NCBI GenBank assembly: GCA_025786725.1
Contig: JAHLTZ010000009.1
Coordinates: forward strand, 310,001 to 374,000
Direction of reading: 5' to 3'
Length of the DNA stretch: 64,000 bases
DNA from: Syncephalis fuscata S228
Taxonomy: Eukaryota > Fungi > Zoopagomycota
The notes beneath the pieces are model-generated. The model worked only from the letters and a program-made list of their open reading frames with translations, was not told the DNA's origin and searched no databases. Both the position numbers and the translations under genes were made by a program. Shown one piece after another: positions 1-15,191 of this stretch (position 1 is the first letter of the stretch; each line of letters begins with the position of its first letter).

Positions 1-386
1 CGGAAGCAGCTCATGGCACGGTGACTCGCCATTACCGCGAACACCAAAAGGGCCGCGAAACGTCGACCAATCCCATTGCTTCTATCTTTGCCTGGACCCG
101 TGGCCTTGCTCATCGTGCTCGTCTCGATAATAATGGTCCATTGCTTAAATTCTCCGAAGAACTTGAACGAGCCTGTGTTGAAACGGTTGATGTTGATGGA
201 CAAATGACTAAAGATTTGGCACTAGCCATTCACGGTCAAGATGGGTAAGTAATAGCAATATCTTTTAATATACAATTTTCTAATTAGTATATTATAATCT
301 ATAGATTAAAACGAGAACACTATGTGACAACAACCGAGTTCATGAATGCCATTGAACATCGATTCAAGCAAATTCATGCGCCATAA
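1..386 (+). CDS. IDP1: NADP-dependent isocitrate dehydrogenase, 3' end (5'-truncated by window edge)
   Basis: [12 protein letters not shown]...[20 protein letters not shown]...MTKDLA motifs. Intron 245-304 (gtaagt..atag); last exon [29 protein letters not shown] at 384-386. Confidence 0.95.
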
Positions 387-527
387 ATAAATATCATCAT
401 TTATTGATTGAAGCATTTCTATTTTGTGCTAATTTCAATAATAAAATACGCACAATGACACAGACCAACAAGTGTGATCATCATTCATCAATACTAATAG
501 GCTAAAAATTGAAAATGCAGTAAATTA

Positions 528-1816
528 TCAACAGTTTGCAATCATCTTTTCAAGCTGTTCCTTAAAAGCGGTGGCAATATTGGCATCTTTTACACGTAGT
601 AATATTCGCGTCATTTTACCGTCAATAGAGACAAGTGTTTGAATATCTTTCTTTGATTTACCAATAATATCAAGTGGCATACCTTTATAGATACGCACAT
701 TAAGTAAAAGACCGCCTGTTCCTTCAATACGACATATAATTCTAGATCTGGCCGTGTCTTCTTTCTCTTGATTTAAACGTAGTTCTCCCAAACCTTTTTC
801 TACAAAACTCTTATCAATAAAATGATATATCTTTGCTCGTGTACTATAGACGGTATCTTCATTCTCCTCGCCTACTCTTGCTGATGCTGAGGCAGGCTCG
901 TACTTGCTGTATCATCGTCAGCATCATTGTCTTCGCCACCGCCATTAGCATTAGTGCCATTCTCGTCTTCATTCTTTGTTGTACTATCACTACTCTTTTG
1001 CTCAATGGCTGGCTTACTATTAAACGATAATAAACTACCTCCTGATGTATTTGGAGAGGTCGATGTAGATCCAAACGAAAATGGACTTTTAGCAATAGTG
1101 TTTGATGTGGTCTCACCAAATGAAAAGACTGGTTTTACCGTAGTATCTGCGTCTTTTGGCGAACCTTTGGTTACTGATGTGTCGCTACTGGTAGATTTAG
1201 TCGCTCCAAACATGCTAGGTGGATTAAATGACGGCACTTTAATCGTACTAAATAATTGGCTCGATGTCGTGTCATCATTAGTGGATTTTGTTGATTCAAG
1301 TACAGCGGGTGGATTGAAGGGTGCTACTTTAAATGTGCTGAACGATTCATTTGAAGATGCTGATACTGATGTTGAAGAGCCAAAGGTAGTTGCTGTTGCT
1401 ATTGTAGATTCAGATAATGGTTTTATACTTTTCTCAAATGATTTTTTACCCTCTGTACTATCTTTCTTATCAATAAATGATGTCAATGAAGTTGTGGTGG
1501 CTAGTTTGGGCGATATTGTCGCGCTTTCGTTTTCCATGGATTCTTTCTCGTGTTGAGTAACGTCACGATACTTTGTTTGGATCTCTTGCAAATGATTATT
1601 GTATTCATTTTGGAATATTGACAGATCAGCAAATGGATTGTGCTCAATAGTCTGAGCAATGTGTTCGTGAATACTAATGTTTAGTCCACGCAGACTGCAG
1701 TAATAAGCTTCTTGACGGGATTGACTAATATCGCTTGAAGTTGTTGGTGTTGATTGTGTAAGTGGGGAGGAACGGGTAGGTTGGAATATATTAGAACGTG
1801 CGCGTTTCGCGTCCAT
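528..1816 (-). CDS. Nup2/Nup50-like nucleoporin with FxFG motifs and C-terminal Ran-binding domain; apparent frameshift near 900
   Basis: ATG at 1816 (MDAKRARSNIF). FSFG/PFSFG motifs, then RanBD-like GEENEDTVYSTRAKIYHF..EKGLGELRLN..RIICRIEGTGGLLLNVRIYKGM in a different frame. Confidence 0.8.
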
Positions 1817-3005
1817 TGCTGCTGTGGTAGTAAATGAGTGAGTGATTGCATACGTGAAAAGAAACAACACGCTAGTAACGATTAACTACGGAAAAATACT
1901 GAATGTTATGTTGTGTTATGATTATTGTCAAAGATTTGATTCAATATAGATTGAGTACTCGACTCGATACTATTTTGTTTTTAGTAATATCAGTAAGAAA
2001 GATGTAAGATACAATTAAAAAAATTATATTCATTTATTGTGTTTTGTGTCTTTATTAAAATAAATGAAATATTTTATCTATATTTTATAGTATTTACATA
2101 TTGTTAATGTTAGTACAGTCGCTTCTTCAATTATCAATCAATATATGACACATACACTGTGACGCCCAGATGGATGCAATACAGACTGAATAGTGTACCA
2201 ACAACAATGAAAGCGAATAAAGCGGTGGAATATCCAATGTGATTTGGTATTTTTTTCAAGCTACTTCTAGACACTTGGTTTAATCGTTCATGGTTATTAA
2301 TATGCAATAAAACGCAAATAATCTAAAAATGTAATTAAACAGCAATTTGATTAAAACATAGAAATAGATTGTAAACATTAATTAAACTTTGTGATATCTA
2401 TTTATTGCTTAAATACATGCAAGCAATCGATGCAGCAATAGACATTCGCTATCGCGCAGTGACTAAACAAAAAGGTATTGTTATTCAGAATAACATGAAT
2501 AAATTGTATTTATTATTCTTATTATTCTTATTCTTATTCCAAGTGTACTAAACTGTGAAAAATGCGATAGCAAGCTGCGTGACATTTGTGCAATATTAAA
2601 TAGTTGTACACTAAATATCTACTTGGTTGTATATATTTGAATAAATGTATTGTACTAGTCTATATTTTTAGACATTTGCAGACATTCTGTTTTTATAATG
2701 ACACTTGTATTGCGATGTTCCAGCAACAATTGAATCTAGTTTATTGTGCAGTACAACTGTTGCCAAGAATGCCAGGGGCGATAAATATATTGATTGTGCT
2801 ACGGTATAGTTGACTATTTAAATGCAGTAATAGTTATTTTGTCCCATGTTGGCGATGGTATTTGTGAAATATGAAGCATTTTCTCGGTCATTGGCTGGTT
2901 GGCTCCATTTAATATATGGCGTGTTCTACGGCAGTTTCAATAAAACAGTTGAACAGATTACACTAAAATAACTTAACATGGAACAAGATATTTTAATTGG
3001 TTAAC

Positions 3006-3794
3006 TTACCTGCCAATAAAATAAAAAAGTGTAGAAAACTGTCTGGGTTTATCAAAAAGTAACATAACGATCCAGCCTATATTACAAATTACAGCAAAGC
3101 ACATGAATACAATTCCATCACTAGCTAAGCGTCTCCAGATTTTAGAACCAAATCTAAAATATTGTTTATAGGCCATATAGCTGAATACTGACGAAAGAAA
3201 TACATTAACAGCCACAGACGTGCAAAATCAACACAGAGCTAGAAAACTTGCATAATGCGAAAGAACACGGCGATAAAAACGACCGCCAATATTACTATCA
3301 ACCATTAACACGAGAATTGTGAATACTGTTCGTAGAATGGCTAATACTATGCCTATCACAAGCACCCAGCTATTTCTATGAGATATTGTATATGCTTTCT
3401 GCAGTAAAATGATTTTGTAGCACACAATAGTTATAAGAATAACCAACCCATAACAGTGTGGCAATATTTTTAATGGAAGTATTTTTCTAAAATCAAAAAT
3501 GATTGTAAGTACTGATACGCCAATGCATAAAACTGAAGGTATCAAGCAACACCATCTTGCAAGTGCTCGCGGCTGCTCTATAACTAATCGAAGGGCAATC
3601 TTGATATTGCGCACTTGAATATAGTTTATAATAACATGGGCTGCGAGCTGTAGCCAAATATATATTAATTGTTTTCGCATTTCTTTCAAACTATCGGGAG
3701 TTCCTTTCATAACTTCGTAAGTGTCCATCGGGTATGAATCAGAAGATATAATAGGAAACGGATTGGATGCATCTCCATTTTGTGATGTTCTCAT
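3006..3794 (-). pseudogene. Degenerate member of the 7TM/GPCR-like family with an in-frame TGA
   Basis: WCCLIP, ILLQKAY and FSYMAYKQY..FGSKIWRRLASDGI motifs shared with paralogues. In-frame TGA at 3228-3230 where paralogues have W (YWF). The terminal exon after the donor at ~3010 is not delimited. Confidence 0.75.
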
Positions 3795-6700
3795 TTTAAT
3801 GCAGTGCTATTAGCAAGTATGCCGTTAGTTAGTGTATTATAGGTACGTGGATATAATGTATATGGTGTATAAAATGAAGGGTTGCGTGAAAATGGTAAGA
3901 ATTAAATGTAATTCCTTAAAGGCCTAGATGCCTATATTGAAGACCCAAAACTGGTTTTTATAAATAGACCTGTCATATTGCACTCCTTGAATTTGCTGCT
4001 AGCCTACTATCCAAGGCAAATAGCCGAGCCTGCAGCAAGCTGAATAGGGCTATCGCAACTTTAATGACTATATTGCCCAAACAGCTATGCTCTGTAAAAA
4101 TTTGCAAATATTATTACGGTACACTAACAATTTATACAAGTATTCTTGGCAATATGATTGCATTATTTGTAATATTTTAATAACTGCTTGGGCTGTTATG
4201 CAATCTTTTGTTTATTGCTGATGGAATTTATAAAAAATAGAATAGTTTTTGTTGTTTTTGAATAATTAAGTACATTTAGTCTATTTCAAATTTTACAGCA
4301 GCCTTCAATTAGAAATAAGTGAGCCGATTACACTATATCATTTGCTTAGTTGCAGTTATCAATAAAAACTGAAAAGTACAAATATACCTCCAGTCATACT
4401 AGAATAAAGCCTAATACGTGGTTTGGACGTTGTCTTTGACTAAAAATCTTTAGATTTTGGGAGCAGATAGCAACCATCAAAACGCCTTAATAGCAAGCAA
4501 ACTAAAAATAACATTATGGAATCTAGAACATTTGCATATTGTTTATCAGTTGTCCATATCAGCTGAGTAGATTTTAACGACGGCGGGCTTTTTGAAGCAT
4601 ACATATTATAATCAAAATACGTTAATTACAAGCACTGTAATGAATTATAGCGTTATAAAGAAAATAGAGTAACGTTTATAAAATATAAAAATGCGTAAAA
4701 TGATGATAAAATGGCACCAAAATAGAAATATTATGACAGTTAACATTCTTAGCGTGGAAAAAAACTAATAACTTATAATTACCAAATATGTTGTTATGAA
4801 TAAGACAACTAACTAATCAATAGAATAGAATAGAGTGAAGGCCAATACTTATTACAAGATGAGCAAATCATGTATTTATTCATAGTGAGCGTGTGCTACA
4901 CAAATATCTTAATATACTTATACCGAGCAATCTAAGATATATATTTATCTTTAGACTCACGACAATGGTAATAGCAGTAATAAAAAGCATAAAACAATGA
5001 AAATAAAATAAAAATGAAAAAACTATAGCATATTTTTTATTGTTACTATTTAATTCTCTCATATTTACTACTATTAATTACAATATTAACCAATTATATT
5101 GCTCTAAGTTAAAAATATATGGATATCATACGCCCAACATAAATACACGTCTAATTGTCTATCTTTTAATAGGGTATTGATTTTTACATTAGCAATGCTA
5201 TTGCTATTTAGTCAAATGTTTACCACAACATAGCCATTTTTGTAACAACTACTCTCATGTTAAATAGTTTTAAGGTTTTAGTTTTTACAAACTGCCTACC
5301 ATGACATTATGTGAGTTCAGTGTATATTTTATAAAATAATAACAATATTCAAGTTTCACGCATTTGACTCTTATTTAGACTGTGCCAGTATAATGTTAAT
5401 GCAATAATATTGTATCTGTCTGTAGGATAACAAACCGTATATTAAACGCAGTTACTCGGTGTTATATGGCAATTATTGTCTACGTTTCTTGAGCACAATA
5501 ATATAATATATATGATTGGAATACTGATAGACAGCGTTGTATTAATGTATTGTTGCCAAATGGAGTATAGAGATGTGATTGTAATAAGCAACAAATAAAT
5601 AAAAATAGAAAATATACGTAATTATGTCAGTACAATTACTAGAATATTTAAATGGCTATTGAACCGTCAATATTACTTAGAATAGCACAATCAATTGTAC
5701 TTATGCTATTCTGTAACTCATGAAAGCTTCAGTATAATCGCAAGTGGAACGTATCAGCACATTATTATACTGAAATAACAAGCAAAAAACAATACACTGA
5801 AAACAATGCGTGGATATGATTGATAAACCTGTTACGTAAATGAGCACACTGAAGTCTACGCTGATTATTATACGATGTGTGCTGCCTTTCTATAAGTGAA
5901 TAAATTTAATTTAATTACATTAAAAACTTACTAATAAATATAGAAGACTAGAACCACAATAGTATGGGCCAGTTCTCTCCAATATTTATAAAACAACACA
6001 ATTACATTTCATTCCGGCTTTATTTCTATTTTTATTACAAAGATTACTGCCTATTCCATAGGCGTAAAAAATAGCTTGCCTTTTTCAACAAATAAAAAGC
6101 TTTGTCTCAAGCAATATATAAGTCTTATTGAAGTATAGGCTATCGGAAAATATATTTTTGGTTGAAATTGTCATTTCGTAAAAACGATATTCATATGGGA
6201 CATGATTGGATAGACAGTTTGATATGCATGATGGTTTCATGTTTGTCCTACAAATCAAAGCCATATTTATCGTGATGGTTACATTGACTGTAGCCGAAGT
6301 TACGAATAGTTCAGGACAAACAGGATCCTAGTCGACTGAGGCAATAAACCATGGTTGGCTTAAAAACAACCAGAAGTTTTAGTAAACTAGTTTTGTACAT
6401 ACCTGCATGAGCTATTGCATATGTGCATCTCTACGCGCATAATGAAAGTAATTAATAGATTAGACGACCAATTGGTGTATCCTTGAACTTGTTTGTGTTC
6501 TCAACCGCATTTCCTATTGTGTGTGGGGACGGATAGGGAATGGGTGGCTTGCGCGTGCGTATATACACATGTGCTAGGTGGTTCTAACGGGCATCTATAA
6601 CTGTTGGCTGCTGTTGCATGATACAAGGGGAACCGCAAACACTGCTTTTCAGCAGAGATTCGCCCAGGAAATCTACCTTGTCTCGCCTGTTTGTTGCAAA

Positions 6701-6953
6701 TATAACCGGTTTTTTTTATAGGCAAGTAGGGGCACGAAGGAAGCGGCTCTAACAACGCTAGAATTATTTAATTATCTCCCCTTCATTATGAACATGCGAA
6801 CCAAAAACACTTGCTGGTATCTAATGGCTACTTTTCGTATTCCTTTTTGTTTTAACTTGTTAAAAATCAATTTAGAGCTTATTCTTATTTTAGTTGGTAA
6901 CTTTTACAACTGCATAGTGTCGCAAAAAACACACGCACACACACATAATTATA

Positions 6954-7942
6954 ATGGGGTTTATGAACATTGAAATGGATCCTCTTGGGGAGGAGCACAT
7001 TGTTGATTATATTATGGAGGCTGCAAATGACAAAAAGCAATTTCAAATTCGAGCCCATGGCCTGCAACTCCAATTGGCCATCAATGTTATGGTTGCTTGC
7101 GTCTTTTCGCGTAATTTATACTTTTCCATTAAAATGCTTGTGGCAAAACCAAGAATGTTTGCCGGCTGGTGCTGCTTAATTAGTTCTATCCTGGGCGTTT
7201 CACAAGGCGTAGTATTTGCTGTCGGCTTTCTTTCAGGCAAGCTGGGCTGTCGAGTTATTTATTGGTTTGTCATATTGGTTGTGGGTGTTATCACTACGCT
7301 TAACAATGCAATTATGCTGCATAAAGCATATCTAGCGCTTCGCAGGCGACGTTGGATAATCTATATCGGTGGTCTTTGCTTATTGCCGCAGTTAAGCTTT
7401 AGTTTTGTCGTCTTGGTTAATTCAAACGTTGGAATAAACAATGATTACGGCTGCACTCTTCACTATGAAAAGTTCATACCTTGGTACTGGTTTGGATCAA
7501 GCATACCGATAAGCATTATATTCTCGGGGATCTTTAGCAATGTAGCTTACAAACAATATTGCACCTTCGGTTCAGATGCATGGATGCGTTTAGCACGCGA
7601 TGGTCTGCAAACCATGTGTCTGGCCGTCATTTGCAATATTCTTTGTGGCGCCGGCACAATTCTAGAGATAGGCGGCCAATATTCAGCTTATTTCTTTTTC
7701 GCTGATTGGTAAGTAGTAAATGTATGGATATTTGTACACTGTGCGCTAATCATCATTACAGTTTAATTATTTCCGTTGTTTTAGTTCATTATTGTATTAG
7801 TATATCCGAAGCAGGCACCAAAACAACTCGTTCGCAGAAAAAACACTCCTACACTACCAACATTGGTATCTGTGAAACAGTTACATCATATAACGGACAG
7901 TATTCATCGAATAATAACTTGTCGTCGTTTTATAAATATTAA
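6954..7942 (+). CDS. 7TM/GPCR-like membrane protein, lineage-expanded family
   Basis: PLGE, GWCCLIS, LHKAY, GCxLHY, PWYWF, FSNVAYKQYxxFGSDAWMRLARDGLQTMCL, FFADW; conserved intron after the DW motif, then a short C-terminal exon to TAA 7942. Confidence 0.8.
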
Positions 7943-8287
7943 ATTCTGTCTAAATTAGCAACGATGCCGAAATCAAAAATACAAACTTTATTGTATATAT
8001 ATATGTTTCGCTAGACTCTATTTATACAGATAAAACACTGACGCAAAGTATACGTTTGAATGCATTTAAAACATAAATAAAATAGTTAAAATACACAACA
8101 TTATAGATAAGCAATATGTATGCACATCTACCTACCTACACTACAGATCACGTGCTCAGAATGTCTTGTACGTCACAAGAAGCACAGCCGAACAGCTTCT
8201 TACTGTTTCTCGTCATCTCAACATACACATTTGTTTCTCTTGCGTTAAGTCTGCTGTATTCAACAGACTGTAACAACTGTTTGCAGT

Positions 8288-11200
8288 ATGCACAAAGCAT
8301 ATACCATTCATAGTCTTCTGGACAATCTACCACTGACTTTAAGCGGCCTAGCTTTTGACGGTAGGTTGTGCACGTATAAATGCACTTTTGTAAACACTAT
8401 CGACTTACAGACATGTTGGTTTAATAGACACACGCATTTACATTGCTACATCGACAGGTACTCTAATAGTCTATGAAATCAAAGCTACTTCTAAAGGTAA
8501 GTTACAGTATCTATAATTGTACCATATAAAACACAAAATACAATCGATTAACAAGTTAGCAGCCAACGATGAATTTGACGTATTACTTCTTGAATCGAAA
8601 AAGAAGTTTTCCAGTCGACCCATTGATCAAATAGACATTGTGCCGGAGTGTAACCTTATTATTTCATTGTCAGGTACGTAACAGCTGTATGAACCAAAAC
8701 TAGCGCTTAATAATACGATAATTATAATTACAACAGATAGCTATATTAATCTGCACGATCAAAAGACCCTTGAACTTAAGCAGCAGTTAAAAAAGTCAAA
8801 TGGAACACTACTGTTCTCTATTGCTCAACAGAAAAAGGATAATGGTGATATCCAAGTTCGAATTGCTGCATCTTTACGAAAACGCCTTTTAATATTTGTA
8901 ATTGAAAATGATCAAATAGTGGATACTACAGTAAGTTATTTAATAATACATATGAATATAATGTATAATAACATAAATAACTATGTAGGAATATAGTATT
9001 CCCGATCGTGCCAGAGCAATGGCATGGTTCAACGATGATCATATTTGTGTGGGCTACGGTAAAGACTACATTATTGTAAATGTAGATAACGGGAAAACAA
9101 ACAATGTATTTGCCAGTTTAACTACCAACAATCCCGCTCCATCAGTCAGTTATGCAAGCAGTGCCTTTAGTGTTATGGGTGCAGCCATCAGTGCTGCTCG
9201 AGGTGTTACACCTTTATGTGTCAAGCTACCCGACAATGAAGTGTGTATTATCAAAGATAGTGAGTGGCTATTGATAGCTGAATATAGAAGTAATTAATTA
9301 ATTAACACATCATTAGATGTTGGCATTTTTGTAGACTCTACAGGTCAACCAACACGAAAGGGTGGTATTCATTGGACAACTGCACCAGAAATTATTAGTA
9401 AGTATTGATTATAGATCTATTAACACCGATTCTAATAATTTGATTTGTTATAGAATTCTCTTTTCCTTATATTATTACATTGGTCAATAAGCAATTGGAA
9501 ATACGTAATTACAAGACTTTGACTCTTGTACAAACAGTTTCTGTCCCTATGATGCGGTATTTGGTAGCCGATACACTTATCTATGGTGCTAGCATTGATC
9601 ATATTTGGCGTATACAAAGTACGCCTCTAATGGACCAGGTAATAAATAGCCTATATATATATATAAATATAAATATAAATATAAATATAAATATAAACAC
9701 TATAATTAATTAGGTGGATCAATTGGTGGCGGCAAAAGAGTTTGATGAAGCAATTTCTCTCTTATTACTTATGGAGGACCGTGATGAGCCTAATAGTGTA
9801 AGTGTTACTCTTTATTAATGACATCAATTAACACCAATATAGGCTCAAAGATTAACTGACGTTAAAAAGCGTTATTCACTTCATCTTTTCTCAAATCGAC
9901 ATGATGAACGGGCTTTTTCTTTATTCAATAAGCTTGATATTGATCCACGTGAAGTTATTTCATTGTTTATGCAATCAATTTCCGGTACATTGTCTGATAC
10001 AGGTTCTAATGATGCCAAGACACTAGATATCGATACTATTCTTGAAGAGAAACTTGATGGTAAGATAGACTATTAATACCAGTACGGATATCAATACTAA
10101 TACCAATATGGTTGGCTATATAGAAGACCAAAGCGAATTTAGAGAAGCGCTTTCTTGTCTTATTCAATATTTGGCAGAGAAACGTCGATGGTTGGCCAGA
10201 GCCATTCAAACGCAAAATGATCTGGAACAATTACCATCAAATAGTGATCACAAATCACCAAAATCACCAAGATCACCTAATACTACTATTACAAGTGCTA
10301 CTCCAGTACAGTATAAGAGTGAGAGGGCATTCTCGGCATCACCACCTTCAGTATCGGGTCGTTCACTTGTTTCCACTTTGGCTGAACTATCTTTACCGGA
10401 ACAACAGAAACTACCGCCACTTTCTGAACTGAAACAGATGGCCGAGGCAGTCGATACTACACTGTTACGGGCATATATTGCAACAAAGGATGGACTTGTC
10501 GGTTCATTGTTAAGAGTTAAGAACTACTGTATTATTGAAGATAGTAAAAAGCTACTTATGAAACATAAGGTAATAGTAAACAATTAGAAGATGACATATG
10601 ATTTAATACAACCATTAATTATAGAAATACAAAGAATTGATTGATTTCTACAAAGGAAAGCAACTTCATCGTTTAGCCCTTCAATTACTAGCCCAGTAAG
10701 TAGTTAGTTATTATTGCTGTTATTATAATTATTATAACAATAATGTAATATTCAATATTTAATTAACGTTGTACTATAGACTGGGTATTGCTGAAGACGG
10801 CCCTATGAGTGGTTGTGAACCAACTGTTCAATATCTACAACGTCTAGGTATTGATTATATTGATCTTATTTGGGAGTTCTCCATTTGGGTATTACAAAAA
10901 CACCCAGAGCGTGGTTTAACGGTAATTAGTATATTGTTAAATTACTATTACTATTACTAATAAATATAATTAGATATTTACGGAAGATGTATTTGAAGTT
11001 GATACATTACCACACGATCAAGTATTGGATCATTTAGAAGAAGTATCTGAAGTATTGGCTGTTCAGTATTTGGAACATTTGATCAATGATCTGTGTAGTG
11101 TATCTCCACAGTTTCATACACGGCTTGCCGAACTCTATCTAGTACTGGCTAAGGAACAGAATGAATATGTGACCGTGGGTTCAACGGGCACTTTAGATGA

Positions 11201-12234
11201 TAATGCGACTGAAGAGATGGCCGAGAGTAAGTGCTGGCAATATATAGATGATAGCGTCGTTGACACTATCTAATATAGACAAGTCATCGGTATATAGTGT
11301 ACCGTCTATTCATAAGAAACTGCTTAATTTTCTTGAGACTTCACTTGAATACAAAGCAGAACGAATACTTGCTCAATTACCCAACGATGGTGAGTATGAA
11401 GATGAATGGCGTGTATTTATTCTGCTATTATTAATGGTAATAATATTGATGTAGGCTTCTGGGAAGAGCGGGCATTATTACTTGGACGCATTGGTCAACA
11501 CACTAAAGCACTAACTTTATATGCAAGAAAACTAAATGATTATAAGAAAGCTGAAGAGTAAGTAGTGTTATTGCTGGTATTGACACAATACTAATCAATG
11601 CTGTAATATAGCTATTGTCGACAGCAATCAAGTCATGATGTGTTTGTAACGCTATTAAAGATTTATTTACAGCCAAAACAAGATGAACCTATTCTATTAG
11701 AACCGGCGCTACAATTACTTAACAGTCCAAATGCACTAATTGATGCGGCTGAAGTAGGTTAAGTATATTAATAACACTATTGAAATAGAATTAAGCTATT
11801 ATAATATTTAGGCAGCTAGTTTATTGCCACCTGATACACAACTTTCGCTAGTAAAGGATTGTATGCAGAAATATATCCGATCCGATCTATCTAGTAGTCG
11901 TATGAGAAAGGTAGTACGTAGTCTATCGGATGTAACACTGCTCTATGTAAGTGATCAATACTGGTTAAATAGCCGTTTGGATAGCTAATAGGATATACAT
12001 ATATATTATAGACACAAGAGAATTTGGCCGGTGCTCAAGCTAAACGAGTCATTATTAGCGAAGATCGTATGTGTATGTTATGTGGACGCCGTATTGGCAT
12101 GACGTAAGTTTAGACGTTGTCAATTGATACAAACTAACTAGCTATGAATTAATAGCGCATTTGCCACATTTCCTAATGGCGGTATATTCCATTATTCATG
12201 CAAGGAACGATTAGTACGGTTAAACAACGTCTAA
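8288..12234 (+). CDS. VPS39: Vam6/Vps39 HOPS subunit (multi-exon)
   Basis: CNH-like N-terminus, VDTTLLRAY..LVGSLLRVKNYC, clathrin-like repeat (YLEHLI..FHTRLAELYL), C-terminal CxxCGRRIG..FPNG..HYSC; TAA at 12232-12234. Confidence 0.9.
9661..9696. repeat. (ATATAA)n hexanucleotide microsatellite within a VPS39 intron
   Basis: Directly visible tandem ataaat units. Confidence 0.8.
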
Positions 12235-12297
12235 TACATCGTATTATATGTTTATATATTTTAATTAAAAGTAATGATTATCATTGTATTTATGTTT

Positions 12298-15151
12298 CTA
12301 CTTTGTAGCAGTCAATGATGTCATACTCTTTGTTGTTGTTGATGTAGTATTTGTTCGTTTTTGTACATGACGTAACAATAATACAACACTTGCCGGATCT
12401 ATACCATCAATACGTTTGGCAGCACCCTAAATACATGTAGATGGATAAATAGATAGATAGATACAAATATATATGTTAATCATTATAAAGTGATAAAGAG
12501 TAAATCACTTGCCAGTGTAGATGGACGAATTCGTTTTAGTTTCTCCTTTACTTCTTTTGATAAATTTAGACTAATCATTTAGTTAGTATTATCGTATTTA
12601 CGCTAGTTATTTACCTGCCTATCATAATTCAAATCTTCAGGTAAGCTCATTGATTCTTCTTTTCTATAAGCATCGACATCTATTTTTTGTCGATCCAAAT
12701 AGCCTTGATACATTCCTATATATACGTGTGCGTATATATTAAATAGGTTGTTCATTATCTAGTGGTTATAGCGTAACTTGTTATTACCTTCAATGCCTAT
12801 GCGTTGCTGGATTGTTGGTGAAATAGTATCGAGTTGGGGAATAATTTGTGATAATTTCTCTAATGTAGCACCATTATGCTGTAAAATACGTAATGCACTA
12901 TATATTATTTATTTATTTATATATATATTAATTAATGTTAATTTAATTCTTTGTTATTTACTTACTTGCGTGGTATACCATCCATAGCTACTGAAACATC
13001 ATGTTTTGCCCATTTATTTGGCGATAGTTCAAAATGTCGTAGTAAATTGATACCTTGTTCAAGTTCTGCGGATACATTGCGATATTCATCCATTCTTTCA
13101 GAGGAGACAATACCTGCTTTGTATCCTAAATCAAGCAATCAATAAATAGTTAGACTATGATTTTTGTATTTGTATTACTTTCAACTACCTTTCTCAGTTA
13201 ATCGGATATCGGCATTATCTGCACGTACTGATAATCGATACTCGGACCGTGCTGTAAACATACGATATGGTTCCTCCACTCCTTTAGTAACCAAATCATC
13301 GATCAATACGCCAATATACGCATCTGCTCTATCTAGTATAAAAGGAGCACGATTAGTAGCGGCAAGACCAGCATTAATGCCTGCAATGATTCCCTAGACA
13401 AAAAATATTAATGAATGTGTGTATATGTATATTGTTACTACTACTATAGCTTACTTGTGCTGCTGCCTCTTCATAGCCGGTAGTACCGTTAATTTGACCA
13501 GCTAGATAAAGACCTTGAATACGTTTCGTTTCAAGTGTATGGCGTAATTCTTGTGGATCAACGTGATCATACTCAACACCGTAGCCTGGTCGTATCATTG
13601 TAACTTTTTCAAGACCAGGAATTGTACGCAATACTTGTTCCTGTATATTCTCAGGCAATGTCATTGAAATACCATTAGGATAGACAATATCCGTATCAAA
13701 ACCTATTTTATAACAATAGATTAGATGATTCATTGCTGTAGTATTAAATTAAATGATATTACCCTCTGGTTCTAGCCAAATGATATGTGATGGCTTTTCC
13801 GTAAATCGAATAACTTTTGATTCAATAGATGGACAATAGCTATAACAATATATATTAATAACAATAACAGTAACAGTAGCAGTAGCAGTAGCTATACTTA
13901 CCGTGGTCCGCGTACCGTTTCACGAATATGAATACTTTGTGATAGATTAGCCCGTATAAGATCATGAGTTTCTGTAGTAGTGCGTGTTTGATGACATAAT
14001 AATTGTTGATTCTATAATAATAATAATGTTTATTATTAGGAATATTAATTATTTGTATGTTGTGTAATTTACCTCAAATGGCACTGATTGATGAAGAAAT
14101 GAGAATGGTGATGCCGGTAAATCACCTGGTTGTGGTAAAAGATGTGTATAGTCAATTGTTTTACCATCAAGACGTGGTGGTGTGCCTGTTTTAAGACGTC
14201 TTAATTGAAATCCGGCCATATTTAACGATTTAGATAATCCAACAGCGGCTGCTTCACCTAATCGACCAGCTGGATATGCTGTCAATCCTAATAAAGACCA
14301 TCAATTAATATATTAATCCTTCATATTCTATGCAGCTATTTAACTTACCAATATGAATCTCGCCTTGAAGAAATGTACCCGTTGTAATAACTATTTTACT
14401 TGCTTTAACCACTTCTCCTGATTCTATAAGTAAAATACGTTAATATGAATAATTATTTAATTGCATTTTGTATCTATTAGATTTACCTAAACGAATGCCT
14501 TGTACTCGACCATAAGGACGTGTTTCTTGACTAGGATCAGCCACGGCAGTAGTTGCTGTTGTCATTGTTGGTTCAAGTACTAGATCGAATACACTGCCCT
14601 TTTTTATGGTAAGATTTGGTAGATTGGATAAAGTGGTTTGCATTTGCTGTCGATATAATGATCGATCTATTTGTGCACGTGGGCCCTAATGATTATAAAT
14701 AGTTAATTAATATTACTAAATACCAGTATTGTTACTATTACATGAACTGCTGGTCCTTTTGATCGATTAAGTACACGGAAATGAACACCAGACAGGTCTA
14801 TCATAATCAATGATTAATTATGCCATTAGTATATTTATTATTTGACATTCTAATAATTACCTGCAATACGACCACATAGACCATCTAACGCATCAATCTC
14901 CCGTACAAGAATACCTTTACCGACACCGCCAAATGATGGATTACATGACATTTCACCTAATAAGTGAGAAAGTGTAAATAACTCATTATATTTACTAATA
15001 GCACTGTCCTATATATTCCATATGTTCATACCTATCGTTTCTAATTTCTGGGTAATTAGACATGTGCGGGCACCACTACGTGCTGATGCGGCACATGCTT
15101 CAGATCCAGCATGGCCACCACCTATTACAATAACATCATACACTTCACTAT

Positions 15152-15191
<40 letters not shown>

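Noticed and set aside
927-1556. 209-aa plus-strand ORF
   Set aside because: It is the antisense shadow of the Ser/Thr-rich Nup2-like CDS.
3228-3230. TGA=Trp alternative genetic code
   Set aside because: It is a single instance in a degenerate paralogue, and the conserved Trp residues I checked in other genes use TGG.
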